Source of the DNA: Bacteroidales bacterium
GTDB lineage: Bacteria > Bacteroidota > Bacteroidia > Bacteroidales > UBA932
DNA: 64,000 bases
Direction: 5' to 3'
Assembly (NCBI GenBank): GCA_016284265.1
Contig: JAEEOM010000076.1
Coordinates: 4,522-68,521 of the forward strand
Made by a program: the position numbers and the translations under genes. Position 1 is the stretch's first letter. Every line of letters starts with the position of its first letter. Positions 45,213-53,819 of this stretch are shown in pieces. The notes under the pieces are model-generated. The model did no database searches. It worked only from the letters and a program-made list of their open reading frames with translations, and was not told where the DNA came from.

Positions 45213-46928
45213 ATGAAAGCGAGATGGTTCTGTCTGGCAGCACTGCTGCTCATACCAGGATGGCTCTTTGCCCAGGGCCGTGTTGTGGAGCGGACGTATG
45301 TGTCCACCGACAAGGATGTCTATGTGGCCGGTGATCCGGTCTGGTATTCCGCCTTCTGCCTGGATGCGGAAAAGGGGACGTTTTCTCCGGTGAGCAGTAT
45401 TGCTTATGTGGAGCTGCATGCACCTGACGCTCTGGTCGGGACAAGCAAGGTTGCCTTGTCGGCCGGTCGCGGCGCGGGTCGGCTGCAACTTCCGGGGAAC
45501 CTGCCTACGGGCAATTACCGGCTGGTTGTCTATACGACCCAGAACAAGGCTGAAGCGGACTATGACTACACGGGTATCGCTTCCAAGACGATCTCGGTCT
45601 TCAATGTCTTTTCGAACGAGCGGGTAAAAGATGGGGTTGAGGTGGTCGAGGCGGAGGATTATGCAAAGCTTGTGGCGGAGAAAGCCTCGGTCAAGCCAAG
45701 GATGACGGGCGATGTCAAGCCGGGTACCGATGGAATCGAAGTGTCCTGGGACGGTAACAGCCTGGTCTTGCGCAATCCGGGCCCCGAGGTAATTACGATG
45801 AGTCTTTCTGTGTGGCATGACGACGGCTTTCTCACCAACGCCAATCCGACGATCGCGGATTTCGTGAGAGGCTGCCGGCAAGTGGGCCCGCGCCGGCTCG
45901 ACAATGCCGTCACGCCTGAATATGAAGGTGAAATCATCCGGGGTCATGTGGCCGGAGCTGACCCGGAAGCCATCGCTTCCCTGACCGGTCGATACGCGTT
46001 CATTTCTACACCCTCCGACAAGTCCGACGTGTATGCTTCTCCCATCGATCCTGCAGGCCGGGTCCGCTTCTTTACCGGCAATATCTATGGCAACAAGGAA
46101 TATGTCTGTGAAATCGAAGGAGTCGATCCTGCGTTTACCGGCTTCATCGAACTGGAATCCCCGTTCGTCGGTGCAAAGGTGGCTGCCGCCGAGCCTTTGA
46201 AGATGAGTGCCTCCCTGCGGGAGCCGCTCCGACGCCGGAGTGTGGCCATGCAGGTTGAGCAGCGGTTTACGGGTGACACGTTACTCGATCTGCTACCTGT
46301 CAGGAGCAATGGCTTGTTCGGTACGGAAGAAGTTGTCTATCTGCTCGATGACTATACCCGTTTTCCGACGATGGAAGAGGTCTTCATCGAATTCGTCAAG
46401 GAAATCCGAGCCCGTCGCTGGGGCGACCGGAAACGGAACATCCAAGTCCGTCTCCAAGACAGGACGGACAACATGTTCTCCCAGGATACGACCCTGATGA
46501 TGCTGGACGGCGTGCCGGTATTCGACCAGCAGAAGATCATGGACTATGACCCGTTGCTGGTCGAGGCCATCCATATCTATCCCAACGTCACGTTTATCGG
46601 CGACAGGTCTTTTGAAGGAATCGTCAATTTCGTGACGTACAAGCGCAACCTGCCTGCTTTCCAGTTCGGGAACAGCGTGCGTGTGGTCGATTACCAGGGC
46701 GCCTCCTGGCCGATGGCCTTCACGGGAGAGTTGCTGCGAGCAGAAGAGGGCTATCCGGATTACCGCCAGACCATTTACTGGCATCCGCTTCTGGTTCTGG
46801 CGCCCGGACAAACCGTGTCGATTCCCTGCAAGTTGCCCGATTACCGGGGCCGTTTCCGCGTCGTGGCGGAAGGCCTGACAACCAGCGGGACACCGCTCCG
46901 GACCGCCACTTCTTTCACGACAGAATAA
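45213..46928 (+). CDS. secreted protein with N-terminal MG2-like (alpha-2-macroglobulin-type) domain
   Basis: The ORF was trimmed to MKARWFCLAALLLIPGWLFAQ (ATG 45213; alternative 45198), 571 aa. YVSTDKDVYVAGDPVWYSAFCLD resembles the start of MG2 domains. Confidence 0.6.
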   Translation: MKARWFCLAALLLIPGWLFAQGRVVERTYVSTDKDVYVAGDPVWYSAFCLDAEKGTFSPVSSIAYVELHAPDALVGTSKVALSAGRGAGRLQLPGNLPTGNYRLVVYTTQNKAEADYDYTGIASKTISVFNVFSNERVKDGVEVVEAEDYAKLVAEKASVKPRMTGDVKPGTDGIEVSWDGNSLVLRNPGPEVITMSLSVWHDDGFLTNANPTIADFVRGCRQVGPRRLDNAVTPEYEGEIIRGHVAGADPEAIASLTGRYAFISTPSDKSDVYASPIDPAGRVRFFTGNIYGNKEYVCEIEGVDPAFTGFIELESPFVGAKVAAAEPLKMSASLREPLRRRSVAMQVEQRFTGDTLLDLLPVRSNGLFGTEEVVYLLDDYTRFPTMEEVFIEFVKEIRARRWGDRKRNIQVRLQDRTDNMFSQDTTLMMLDGVPVFDQQKIMDYDPLLVEAIHIYPNVTFIGDRSFEGIVNFVTYKRNLPAFQFGNSVRVVDYQGASWPMAFTGELLRAEEGYPDYRQTIYWHPLLVLAPGQTVSIPCKLPDYRGRFRVVAEGLTTSGTPLRTATSFTTE

Positions 46929-46941
46929 TTTTGTTCAAAAC

Positions 46942-46975
46942 TTGTTGGCAGTTAGGAATTTTTGTCCTATCTTTG
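46942..46975 (+). promoter_or_regulatory. candidate promoter of rpsL operon (-7 TATCTTTG at 46968-46975; TTG-containing -33 region near 46942-46948)
   Basis: Exact TAnnTTTG match 55 nt upstream of the rpsL ATG. Confidence 0.35.
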
Positions 46976-47029
46976 CATCCCCGCAAAAAGCGGGGATAGT
47001 ACACATAAATAATAGATTTACAACTATTT

Positions 47030-47425
47030 ATGCCAACAATTCAACAATTAGTTCGCAAAGGACGCGAGGTTATCGTCGAGAAAAGCAAATCTCGCGCGCT
47101 GGATGCTTGCCCTCAGCGGCGCGGTGTGTGTGTCCGTGTGTACACCACGACGCCGAAAAAGCCGAACTCTGCCATGCGTAAAGTGGCGCGTGTTCGTCTT
47201 ACCAACCAGAAAGAGGTCAATGCATACATCCCGGGTGAGGGTCACAACCTCCAGGAACACAGCATCGTGCTGGTTCGTGGCGGCCGTGTGAAGGACCTCC
47301 CTGGTGTTCGTTACCACATCCTTAGGGGCGCACTTGACACCGCTGGCGTGGAGGGTCGTACGCAGAGCCGTTCCCTCTATGGCGCCAAACGGCCGAAGAA
47401 AGGCAAGACCGCCGCTAAGAAGTAA
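47030..47425 (+). CDS. rpsL: 30S ribosomal protein S12
   Basis: 131 aa: [12 protein letters not shown]..., [16 protein letters not shown]. Confidence 0.98.
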   Translation: MPTIQQLVRKGREVIVEKSKSRALDACPQRRGVCVRVYTTTPKKPNSAMRKVARVRLTNQKEVNAYIPGEGHNLQEHSIVLVRGGRVKDLPGVRYHILRGALDTAGVEGRTQSRSLYGAKRPKKGKTAAKK

Positions 47426-47450
47426 TTCACCTAATTAATTCATTACCACA

Positions 47451-47927
47451 ATGAGAAAAACGAAGCCTAAAAAGAGGATTCTACTTCCTGATCCTAAGTT
47501 TCACGATGTCCAGGTTACCCGTTTCGTGAACAATCTTATGTTGCAGGGGAAGAAGAGTATCGCTTATTCAATTTTTTACGATGCCATCGATATCATCGGC
47601 GAGAAGATGAAAGATTCTGAACAGGCTCCCATCGATATTTGGAAGAAGGCGCTCGAGAACGTCACCCCGCAGGTGGAGGTCAAGAGCCGCCGCGTCGGCG
47701 GTGCCAACTTCCAGGTCCCTATGGAGGTGCGTCCGGAAAGAAAGATCTCCCTTTCGATGAAGAACATGATTGTCTTCGCCCGCAAGCGCTCCGGTCACTC
47801 CATGGCGGAGAAACTGGCTGCAGAAATCATGGCTGCCTACAACTGCGAAGGCGCAGCCTTCAAGCGGAAAGAGGATATGCACAGAATGGCAGAGGCCAAC
47901 AAGGCGTTTGCTCACTTCCGCTTCTAA
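47451..47927 (+). CDS. rpsG: 30S ribosomal protein S7
   Basis: 158 aa: [27 protein letters not shown]... Confidence 0.98.
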   Translation: MRKTKPKKRILLPDPKFHDVQVTRFVNNLMLQGKKSIAYSIFYDAIDIIGEKMKDSEQAPIDIWKKALENVTPQVEVKSRRVGGANFQVPMEVRPERKISLSMKNMIVFARKRSGHSMAEKLAAEIMAAYNCEGAAFKRKEDMHRMAEANKAFAHFRF

Positions 47928-47948
47928 TCTGCTTTCAATCTGCATTTG

Positions 47949-50072
47949 ATGGCAAGAGACCTACAATATACGCGCAATATCGGTATCATGGCGCACATTG
48001 ATGCCGGTAAGACCACCACGTCCGAACGCATCCTCTATTATACGGGCAAGACCCATAAGATTGGCGAGGTGCATGAAGGCGCTGCGACCATGGACTGGAT
48101 GGTCCAGGAGCAGGAACGTGGCATTACCATCACGTCGGCCGCGACCACGGCCTTCTGGCATTACAATGGCGAACAGTATCAGATCAATCTGATCGACACA
48201 CCGGGCCATGTGGACTTCACGGTCGAAGTAGAGCGTTCGCTTCGCGTCCTCGACGGGACGATCGCCACTTTCTGTGCCGTGGGCCGCGTACAGCCCCAGT
48301 CGGAGACGGTCTGGCGTCAGGCGGACAAATACCATGTCCCCAAGATTGCCTACGTCAACAAGATGGATCGTATCGGCGCGGACTTTCTTGCCGTCGTTGA
48401 GGACATCAACGAAAAACTGGGTGCCCGTTCCATTCCGATCTGTCTCCCCATCGGTGCCGAAGAGAATTTCGAAGGCATCGTGGATCTGATCGCCAAGAAG
48501 GCCTACTACTATGACGGAACCAGCAAAGAGCTCCACAATTTTGAGGAGCGTCCGATTCCCGAAGAGATGGAGGCCGAGGTGGAGGAGTGGAGAGGAAAAC
48601 TCATTGAATCCGTCGCTGAATACAACGACGTGATCCTGGAGAAGTTCTTTGACGATCCCGACTCGATCTCCGATCAGGAGATCATCGACGCACTCCGGAA
48701 GGCGACCCTTTCCATGGCCGTCGTTCCGACCTGCTGCGGCTCGTCGTTCAAGAACAAGGGAATCCAGTTCCTGCTCGATGCCGTGATGCGTTATCTTCCC
48801 TCGCCGCTCGACAAGGGAAGCGTGCATGGCATTGATCCGCGCACCGACAAGCCGGTGGAGCGCAAGCCGGTCAGCACGGACCCGTTCTGCGGTCTGGTTT
48901 TCAAGATCGCGACCGATCCGTTCGTAGGCCGTCTGGCTTTCATCCGCGCTTATTCCGGACGCCTCAATGCCGGCGCCCAGGTGCTCAACACCCGCTCAGG
49001 CAAGAAAGAGCGTGTGGTCCGCCTTTACCAGATGCACTCCAACAAACAGAATCCCATCGACTTTGTCGAAGCTGGCGACATTTGCGCCGCTGTGGGGTTC
49101 AAGGAGCTGCGTACGGGCGACACCGTCTGTGAAGACTCCCATCCCGTGGTTCTCGAATCGATTACCTTCCCCGATCCTGTGATCGGCATCGCGATCGAAC
49201 CGAAGACCCAGCAGGATATCGACCGGCTCGGCATCGCCCTGGGCAAGCTCTCCGAGGAGGATCCCACCTTCACGGTGCAGAGCAACCCGGATACCGGCCA
49301 GACGATTATCAGCGGCATGGGAGAACTTCATCTGGACATCATCGTGGACCGGCTGCGCCGCGAATACGGCGTGGAAATCAACCAGGGTGCTCCGCAGGTC
49401 AACTACAAGGAAGCGGTTACCCGGTCGATCGTCCATCGGCAGGTGTTCCGCAAGCAGACGGGCGGCCGCGGCAAGTTCGCCGATATCCAGGTTGAACTTG
49501 GTCCGACCGATGAAGGTGTCGACGGCCTCCAGTTCATCGACGAGGTCAAGGGCGGAAATATCCCGAAGGAGTTCATCCCTTCTGTCGAGAAAGGGTTCAA
49601 GGCCGCCATGTCCAACGGCGTGCTGGCCGGCTATCCGATGACTGGGCTGAAGGTCCGTCTGCTCGACGGCAGCTTCCATCCGGTCGATTCGGATGCCCTC
49701 TCCTTCGAGATCTGTGCCCGGGTCGCCTTCCGCAACGCGCTTCGCAAATGCGGGCCGGTGCTGATGGAGCCGATCATGTCGCTGGAGGTGGTAACACCGG
49801 AAGATTATATGGGCGACGTGGTGGGCGACCTGAACCGGCGCCGCGGCCAGATCGTGGACATGGATTCCAAGGCCAACGCCCGGATCGTCAAGGCCAAGGT
49901 GCCGTTGGCCGAACAGTTCGGCTATGTGACGGTCCTCCGCACGCTGACCTCGGGTCGTGCCACCAGTTCCATGGAATTCTCGCACTATGCGGAGGTTCCT
50001 GCGAACCTGGCCAAGGAAATCATCGACCGACAGGGAGGTCCTCGCAGATTCTTCGATGATGATGAAGATTAA
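47949..50072 (+). CDS. fusA: elongation factor G
   Basis: The track ORF starts at TTG 47946; the ATG at 47949 gives [29 protein letters not shown]. 707 aa. Confidence 0.97.
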   Translation: MARDLQYTRNIGIMAHIDAGKTTTSERILYYTGKTHKIGEVHEGAATMDWMVQEQERGITITSAATTAFWHYNGEQYQINLIDTPGHVDFTVEVERSLRVLDGTIATFCAVGRVQPQSETVWRQADKYHVPKIAYVNKMDRIGADFLAVVEDINEKLGARSIPICLPIGAEENFEGIVDLIAKKAYYYDGTSKELHNFEERPIPEEMEAEVEEWRGKLIESVAEYNDVILEKFFDDPDSISDQEIIDALRKATLSMAVVPTCCGSSFKNKGIQFLLDAVMRYLPSPLDKGSVHGIDPRTDKPVERKPVSTDPFCGLVFKIATDPFVGRLAFIRAYSGRLNAGAQVLNTRSGKKERVVRLYQMHSNKQNPIDFVEAGDICAAVGFKELRTGDTVCEDSHPVVLESITFPDPVIGIAIEPKTQQDIDRLGIALGKLSEEDPTFTVQSNPDTGQTIISGMGELHLDIIVDRLRREYGVEINQGAPQVNYKEAVTRSIVHRQVFRKQTGGRGKFADIQVELGPTDEGVDGLQFIDEVKGGNIPKEFIPSVEKGFKAAMSNGVLAGYPMTGLKVRLLDGSFHPVDSDALSFEICARVAFRNALRKCGPVLMEPIMSLEVVTPEDYMGDVVGDLNRRRGQIVDMDSKANARIVKAKVPLAEQFGYVTVLRTLTSGRATSSMEFSHYAEVPANLAKEIIDRQGGPRRFFDDDED

Positions 50073-50093
50073 AAATGTTAAAAAATCAGTATA

Positions 50094-50399
50094 ATGAGCC
50101 AGAAAATCAGAATTAAACTCAAATCGTACGACCACGCGTTGGTGGACAAGTCCGCCGACAAGATCGTCAAGACGGTGAAGGCTACGGGTGCTGTCGTCAG
50201 CGGTCCGATTCCCCTTCCGACCGACAAGAAGATCTTTACGGTGAACCGTTCGACCTTCGTCAACAAGAAGGCGCGTGAACAGTTTGAACTGAATTCTTTC
50301 CGCCGCCTCCTGGACATCTACAGCTCCACGCCGAAAACCGTGGACGCACTGATGAAACTCGAACTCCCCAGTGGCGTCGAAGTAGAAATCAAAGTGTAA
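50094..50399 (+). CDS. rpsJ: 30S ribosomal protein S10
   Basis: 101 aa: [25 protein letters not shown]... Confidence 0.98.
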   Translation: MSQKIRIKLKSYDHALVDKSADKIVKTVKATGAVVSGPIPLPTDKKIFTVNRSTFVNKKAREQFELNSFRRLLDIYSSTPKTVDALMKLELPSGVEVEIKV

Positions 50400-50419
50400 T
50401 CACCACACAGACCAAAGGT

Positions 50420-50448
50420 AAATTTGCCGGGCAAGGCCCGGCAAATTT
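50420..50448 (+). terminator. 12-bp perfect hairpin directly after rpsJ and abutting the tRNA 5' end
   Basis: AAATTTGCCGGG-caagg-CCCGGCAAATTT. It could be a terminator or attenuator of the rpsL-rpsJ transcript, or a processing structure. Confidence 0.5.
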
Positions 50449-50522
50449 GGTCCCATAGCTCAGTTGGTCAGAGCAGCGGACTCATAATCCGTGGGTCGCA
50501 GGTTCAAGTCCTGCTGGGACCA
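50449..50522 (+). tRNA. tRNA with CAU anticodon (formally Met; features favour lysidine-modified tRNA-Ile2)
   Basis: GGTCCCATAGCTCAGTTGGTCAGAGCAGCGGACTCATAATCCGTGGGTCGCAGGTTCAAGTCCTGCTGGGACCA folds as a cloverleaf. Anticodon CAT at 50483-50485. It is not an initiator, because there are no three G-C pairs closing the anticodon stem. Confidence 0.9.
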
Positions 50523-50546
50523 CAGAAGAAGGCAGAAGCCGCGACG

Positions 50547-52343
50547 CTACGGTGTCGCGGCTTCTACTGTACATTCACAAGTCTGCGTCAAACTGCCTTT
50601 CTGGATGGTAATGGTGCAGGTCCCTTCGGCAACGGCCGTGACCAGGCCGGCATTGGATACCGTGGCTATGGCGGGATCACTGCTGCTCCAAACGGTCGGA
50701 TCGGTCGAATTAGCCGGCCGGAACGTATGGTTCAGCTGGAAGGTCTTGCCTGGCTGCAGGGTAATCTTCGTCGGTGTCAGTATGAGTTCGGTCGCCGGAA
50801 TCAGACGGTAGAATTCGGCCACTTTCATGACGGAACTGTTCATCCAGGTCAGGAATACGGCAACCCGGAATTTGTGGGAGATATCCCAGTCCGCACCACT
50901 TCCGGTGGTAAAGCGGACATCGAAGGTCATGTCGTAGGCGACTCCTGCTTCAAAGGCCGTTGCTGAGAAATGGGTATTGACGACGCTCTCGACATAGCCT
51001 CCGTTGTCCACGGCAATGGCGTCAATCTGGAAATTGGATGCCTGCTGGTAAGCGACATAGTTTGGAAGCACTTCTTTGGAGGAAAGCGTATCCTTTACCA
51101 TGACCAGCATCTGGTAGCGGTACTTCGTTTCGGGCACCACATATGGATACTGGAAAGAGAAACTGAGTGTGGGAACATATTCCCGTGTCCGGGGGAGCCG
51201 GACGACGGTACCGTCCGCCATGGTCAGGATGACAGCCGTCGGATCGGACAGGTCGGCCGCCGTGAAAAAGTCGAGGACGACTTTTCCTGTTGCTTCGACC
51301 GGCTTCCCGTCAGGTCCTTTCATTATTTCAGTCTCGCCGCCTGCGTATGAGATGGTGAAATAGAACGCACCCTTGGATTCGGTGATGCCAATGACCGGGG
51401 TGACATCTTCGTAGCTTACGGAAATCATCTCGCCCTTGTAGCGAAGCCACTCAAAAGCATCGGTGGAACGGCTGCGATAGACCCAATAGTATTTCCCGTC
51501 GGTGTAAGCCTTGGCGCTGAGCAGGACGGAATCCTGGCTGCTGTATCCGTTGCGGATGGTCAGGACCTTGCCATTTTCCAGGGTGATCCGGCAACCTGTT
51601 ACCCCGTTTTCTTCGAATTCGGTCACGGATTTGACGAACGTGTCTCCAGGAATCTTATTGACCAGGTCCGTATAGGTCTGGAATTCATTGTTGAGTTCCT
51701 CGCATTGCCGGGTCAGCTCGTCGAAAGCAAACTGGGTGGGCAGCCGGAAGATATTGTATTCGCCGATGATGAAGGAGACGAAATACGGGTCGGAGGTATC
51801 GATGCTGGAGAACACGGAAGTTCCGGGTTCTCCCTGTGCGGGTCCCCATCCGGCTTTGTTCCAGGAGGTTCCGTCAAAACTGTACCACCAGATGCCGTCC
51901 TCGATCTTCAATTGTGGAACCGTGCCCGTGGCCTTGACTCGCAGGCCGTAGCTATTGGTCATCCAGGTAGGTGTTCCGCTTTCTCCCATCTGGATCGTCC
52001 AGTAATAGGCTTCGTACTGTTCGTTGTAGCGTACGCCCACAATCGGCGTGACGCCGTTGGTCCCACTGGTAAGGACCAGTGTAGACCCACTGGTGAAGGT
52101 AATGCGATAAGCCTTCTGTCCCCCGTCCATAAATTCCGTAATGCTGGAAATATGGTCGTTCTTTTCCAGCGCGGAAACCAGGTCCGAGAGAGCGTTGATG
52201 TTGGTGTTCAGTTTGGATACAATCCCTTCCAACTCTTCCACATCAGCTGTCAGGTTGGCAATCCGCTGGTCCAGCTCCTGGTGGCAGCTCAGCAGCAACA
52301 GGGTGGAGAGTGTCAGAATCAACAGGTGTAATGCTTTTTTCAT
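50547..52343 (-). CDS. coiled-coil surface lipoprotein paralogue 1 with C-terminal Big_2 Ig-like domain (DUF4988-like by recollection)
   Basis: 598 aa, lipobox LLLLSC. N-terminal heptad region (RIANLTADVEELEGIVSKLNTNINALSDLVSALEKNDHISSITEF). Repeated G..G.TP.IGV....YYW modules. C-terminal LTPTKITLQPGKTFQL...SSSDPAIATVSNAGLVTAVAEGTCTIT. Confidence 0.75.
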   Translation of the reverse strand: MKKALHLLILTLSTLLLLSCHQELDQRIANLTADVEELEGIVSKLNTNINALSDLVSALEKNDHISSITEFMDGGQKAYRITFTSGSTLVLTSGTNGVTPIVGVRYNEQYEAYYWTIQMGESGTPTWMTNSYGLRVKATGTVPQLKIEDGIWWYSFDGTSWNKAGWGPAQGEPGTSVFSSIDTSDPYFVSFIIGEYNIFRLPTQFAFDELTRQCEELNNEFQTYTDLVNKIPGDTFVKSVTEFEENGVTGCRITLENGKVLTIRNGYSSQDSVLLSAKAYTDGKYYWVYRSRSTDAFEWLRYKGEMISVSYEDVTPVIGITESKGAFYFTISYAGGETEIMKGPDGKPVEATGKVVLDFFTAADLSDPTAVILTMADGTVVRLPRTREYVPTLSFSFQYPYVVPETKYRYQMLVMVKDTLSSKEVLPNYVAYQQASNFQIDAIAVDNGGYVESVVNTHFSATAFEAGVAYDMTFDVRFTTGSGADWDISHKFRVAVFLTWMNSSVMKVAEFYRLIPATELILTPTKITLQPGKTFQLNHTFRPANSTDPTVWSSSDPAIATVSNAGLVTAVAEGTCTITIQKGSLTQTCECTVEAATP

Positions 52344-52358
52344 TGTCCGTTTCCTCCC

Positions 52359-53816
52359 TTATTGTGCCTGAATGGTTACTACGATGGTTTTCATGGTTCC
52401 ATAGCCGTTGGAAACCAGTAAGTTGAGTCTGCTTGTCGCCGGGGCGGCAAACGCTTCCGGAGAATACACGAAGATATTCCAGGAGATATGGTCGGACGTG
52501 GTGGCCTCCGCATAGAAGCCCTCTTCCGCGATAGGCAGGACTTCGGCCCGTTCATCGGCCTGGCTCAAGGTGCATTTGAAGGAGACAGTCTCTCCGGCGC
52601 CCATGGCCAATTTACCGCCGGATACAGGGGCGGACAGGGAGACGGTAAATGTCCGGGCAAGCGGAATCAGGATGTTCTGGTCTCCATCCAGTGTGATGCA
52701 GACCATGTCATCCCGGACGGATACGACAGATAGGAATACGGGGTCGGGAACATTTACTGAAGCAGGTACCCGTTCCCCTTTGCACAGGAGATAGTCGGGT
52801 TCCTCATCGCCGTAAGCCACAGCCCAGTAATAAATGCCGTCGGCCGGATCTTTCAGGAGTGAAATCGTGGGGGTAAGGCCTTGTGGAGCGTTTGCCCGGA
52901 TTCGATCACCCTTTTCATCCAGGATCCATTCGGCCGGGGTCGAGCCGTACCGGATCGTCCAATACCAGACATCTTCCTGGGTGGCATCTTGCCGGACACT
53001 GATGATCGGTGCGTTCGTGCCCGTTCCGTCATAGAAAGAATAGGAGGTTCCGTCCGAAAGCGACAGGGAACAGCCGATCGTATCCTGGCCGCTCATGATG
53101 GGAATCATCTCGCTGACATAGACTTTGTCGTTCAGGCTGCTGACCAGTTTGGTGTATGTTTCCAGATTCTTGTTCGCCTTGTCAACCGTTTCCTTGAGTT
53201 TTTCATAACTGGACCAGGTAGGCAGCTGGACGTAGGTCCCGTTGAGCAAGTTGAACCGGACATAGTCGCCCAGGTCTTCGACGCTTTTGAAGAAGGAGGC
53301 GCCGTCCTCGCCGGTGGCCCGGCCGACATTGTGCCAGATTTCGCCGCCGTCGTAGGTGACCAGCCAGAAGCCGTTTTCAATCTTGAATTCGGGCGAGGCT
53401 GCCGAGGTCGAGATGCGGACGCCGTAGTTGTCGGTCAGGAAATGGGGTTCCGCGTCGGACGGATACTTCACCGTCCAGTACCAGACACCGTCTTCTCCGC
53501 GCCGGACACCCAGGATCGGCGTTTCGGCATCGGTGCCATTGTAGAGCGTCACCGGATCGGAATGGGTAAAGTGGAGTGTATATCCAATAACCTTACTTCC
53601 TTCGCGGAGAGTTTCTACGCGTTTGAGGAAGTCATAGGTGTCCAGTTTTTCCACGATGGTACGCAGTCCGTCCAGCGTGGTGTTCATTTCCCGGCAGCGC
53701 TGTTCGAGTTTCTCGATGCGGCGTTCGAGCCGGTTGAGTTCGTTTTCAATCTCGTTGAAACAGCCTCCCAGGGGGAGCAGGGAGAGCAGGAGGATGAGTA
53801 AACAGTGCTTCTTCAT
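52359..53816 (-). CDS. coiled-coil surface lipoprotein paralogue 2
   Basis: 485 aa, lipobox LPLGGC. Same N-terminal coiled coil (LNRLERRIEKLEQRCREMNTTLDGLRTIVEKLDTYDFLKRVETL) and repeated ...DG.WYWT modules. Confidence 0.75.
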   Translation of the reverse strand: MKKHCLLILLLSLLPLGGCFNEIENELNRLERRIEKLEQRCREMNTTLDGLRTIVEKLDTYDFLKRVETLREGSKVIGYTLHFTHSDPVTLYNGTDAETPILGVRRGEDGVWYWTVKYPSDAEPHFLTDNYGVRISTSAASPEFKIENGFWLVTYDGGEIWHNVGRATGEDGASFFKSVEDLGDYVRFNLLNGTYVQLPTWSSYEKLKETVDKANKNLETYTKLVSSLNDKVYVSEMIPIMSGQDTIGCSLSLSDGTSYSFYDGTGTNAPIISVRQDATQEDVWYWTIRYGSTPAEWILDEKGDRIRANAPQGLTPTISLLKDPADGIYYWAVAYGDEEPDYLLCKGERVPASVNVPDPVFLSVVSVRDDMVCITLDGDQNILIPLARTFTVSLSAPVSGGKLAMGAGETVSFKCTLSQADERAEVLPIAEEGFYAEATTSDHISWNIFVYSPEAFAAPATSRLNLLVSNGYGTMKTIVVTIQAQ

Positions 53817-53819
53817 GGA

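Noticed and set aside
50534-50565. The hairpin GAAGCCGCGAC-gctacggt-GTCGCGGCTTC next to the tRNA, considered as a possible attachment site or repeat.
   Set aside because: It overlaps the stop codon and last codons of the 598-aa lipoprotein gene. It is best explained as that gene's terminator hairpin. I found no second copy in the window.
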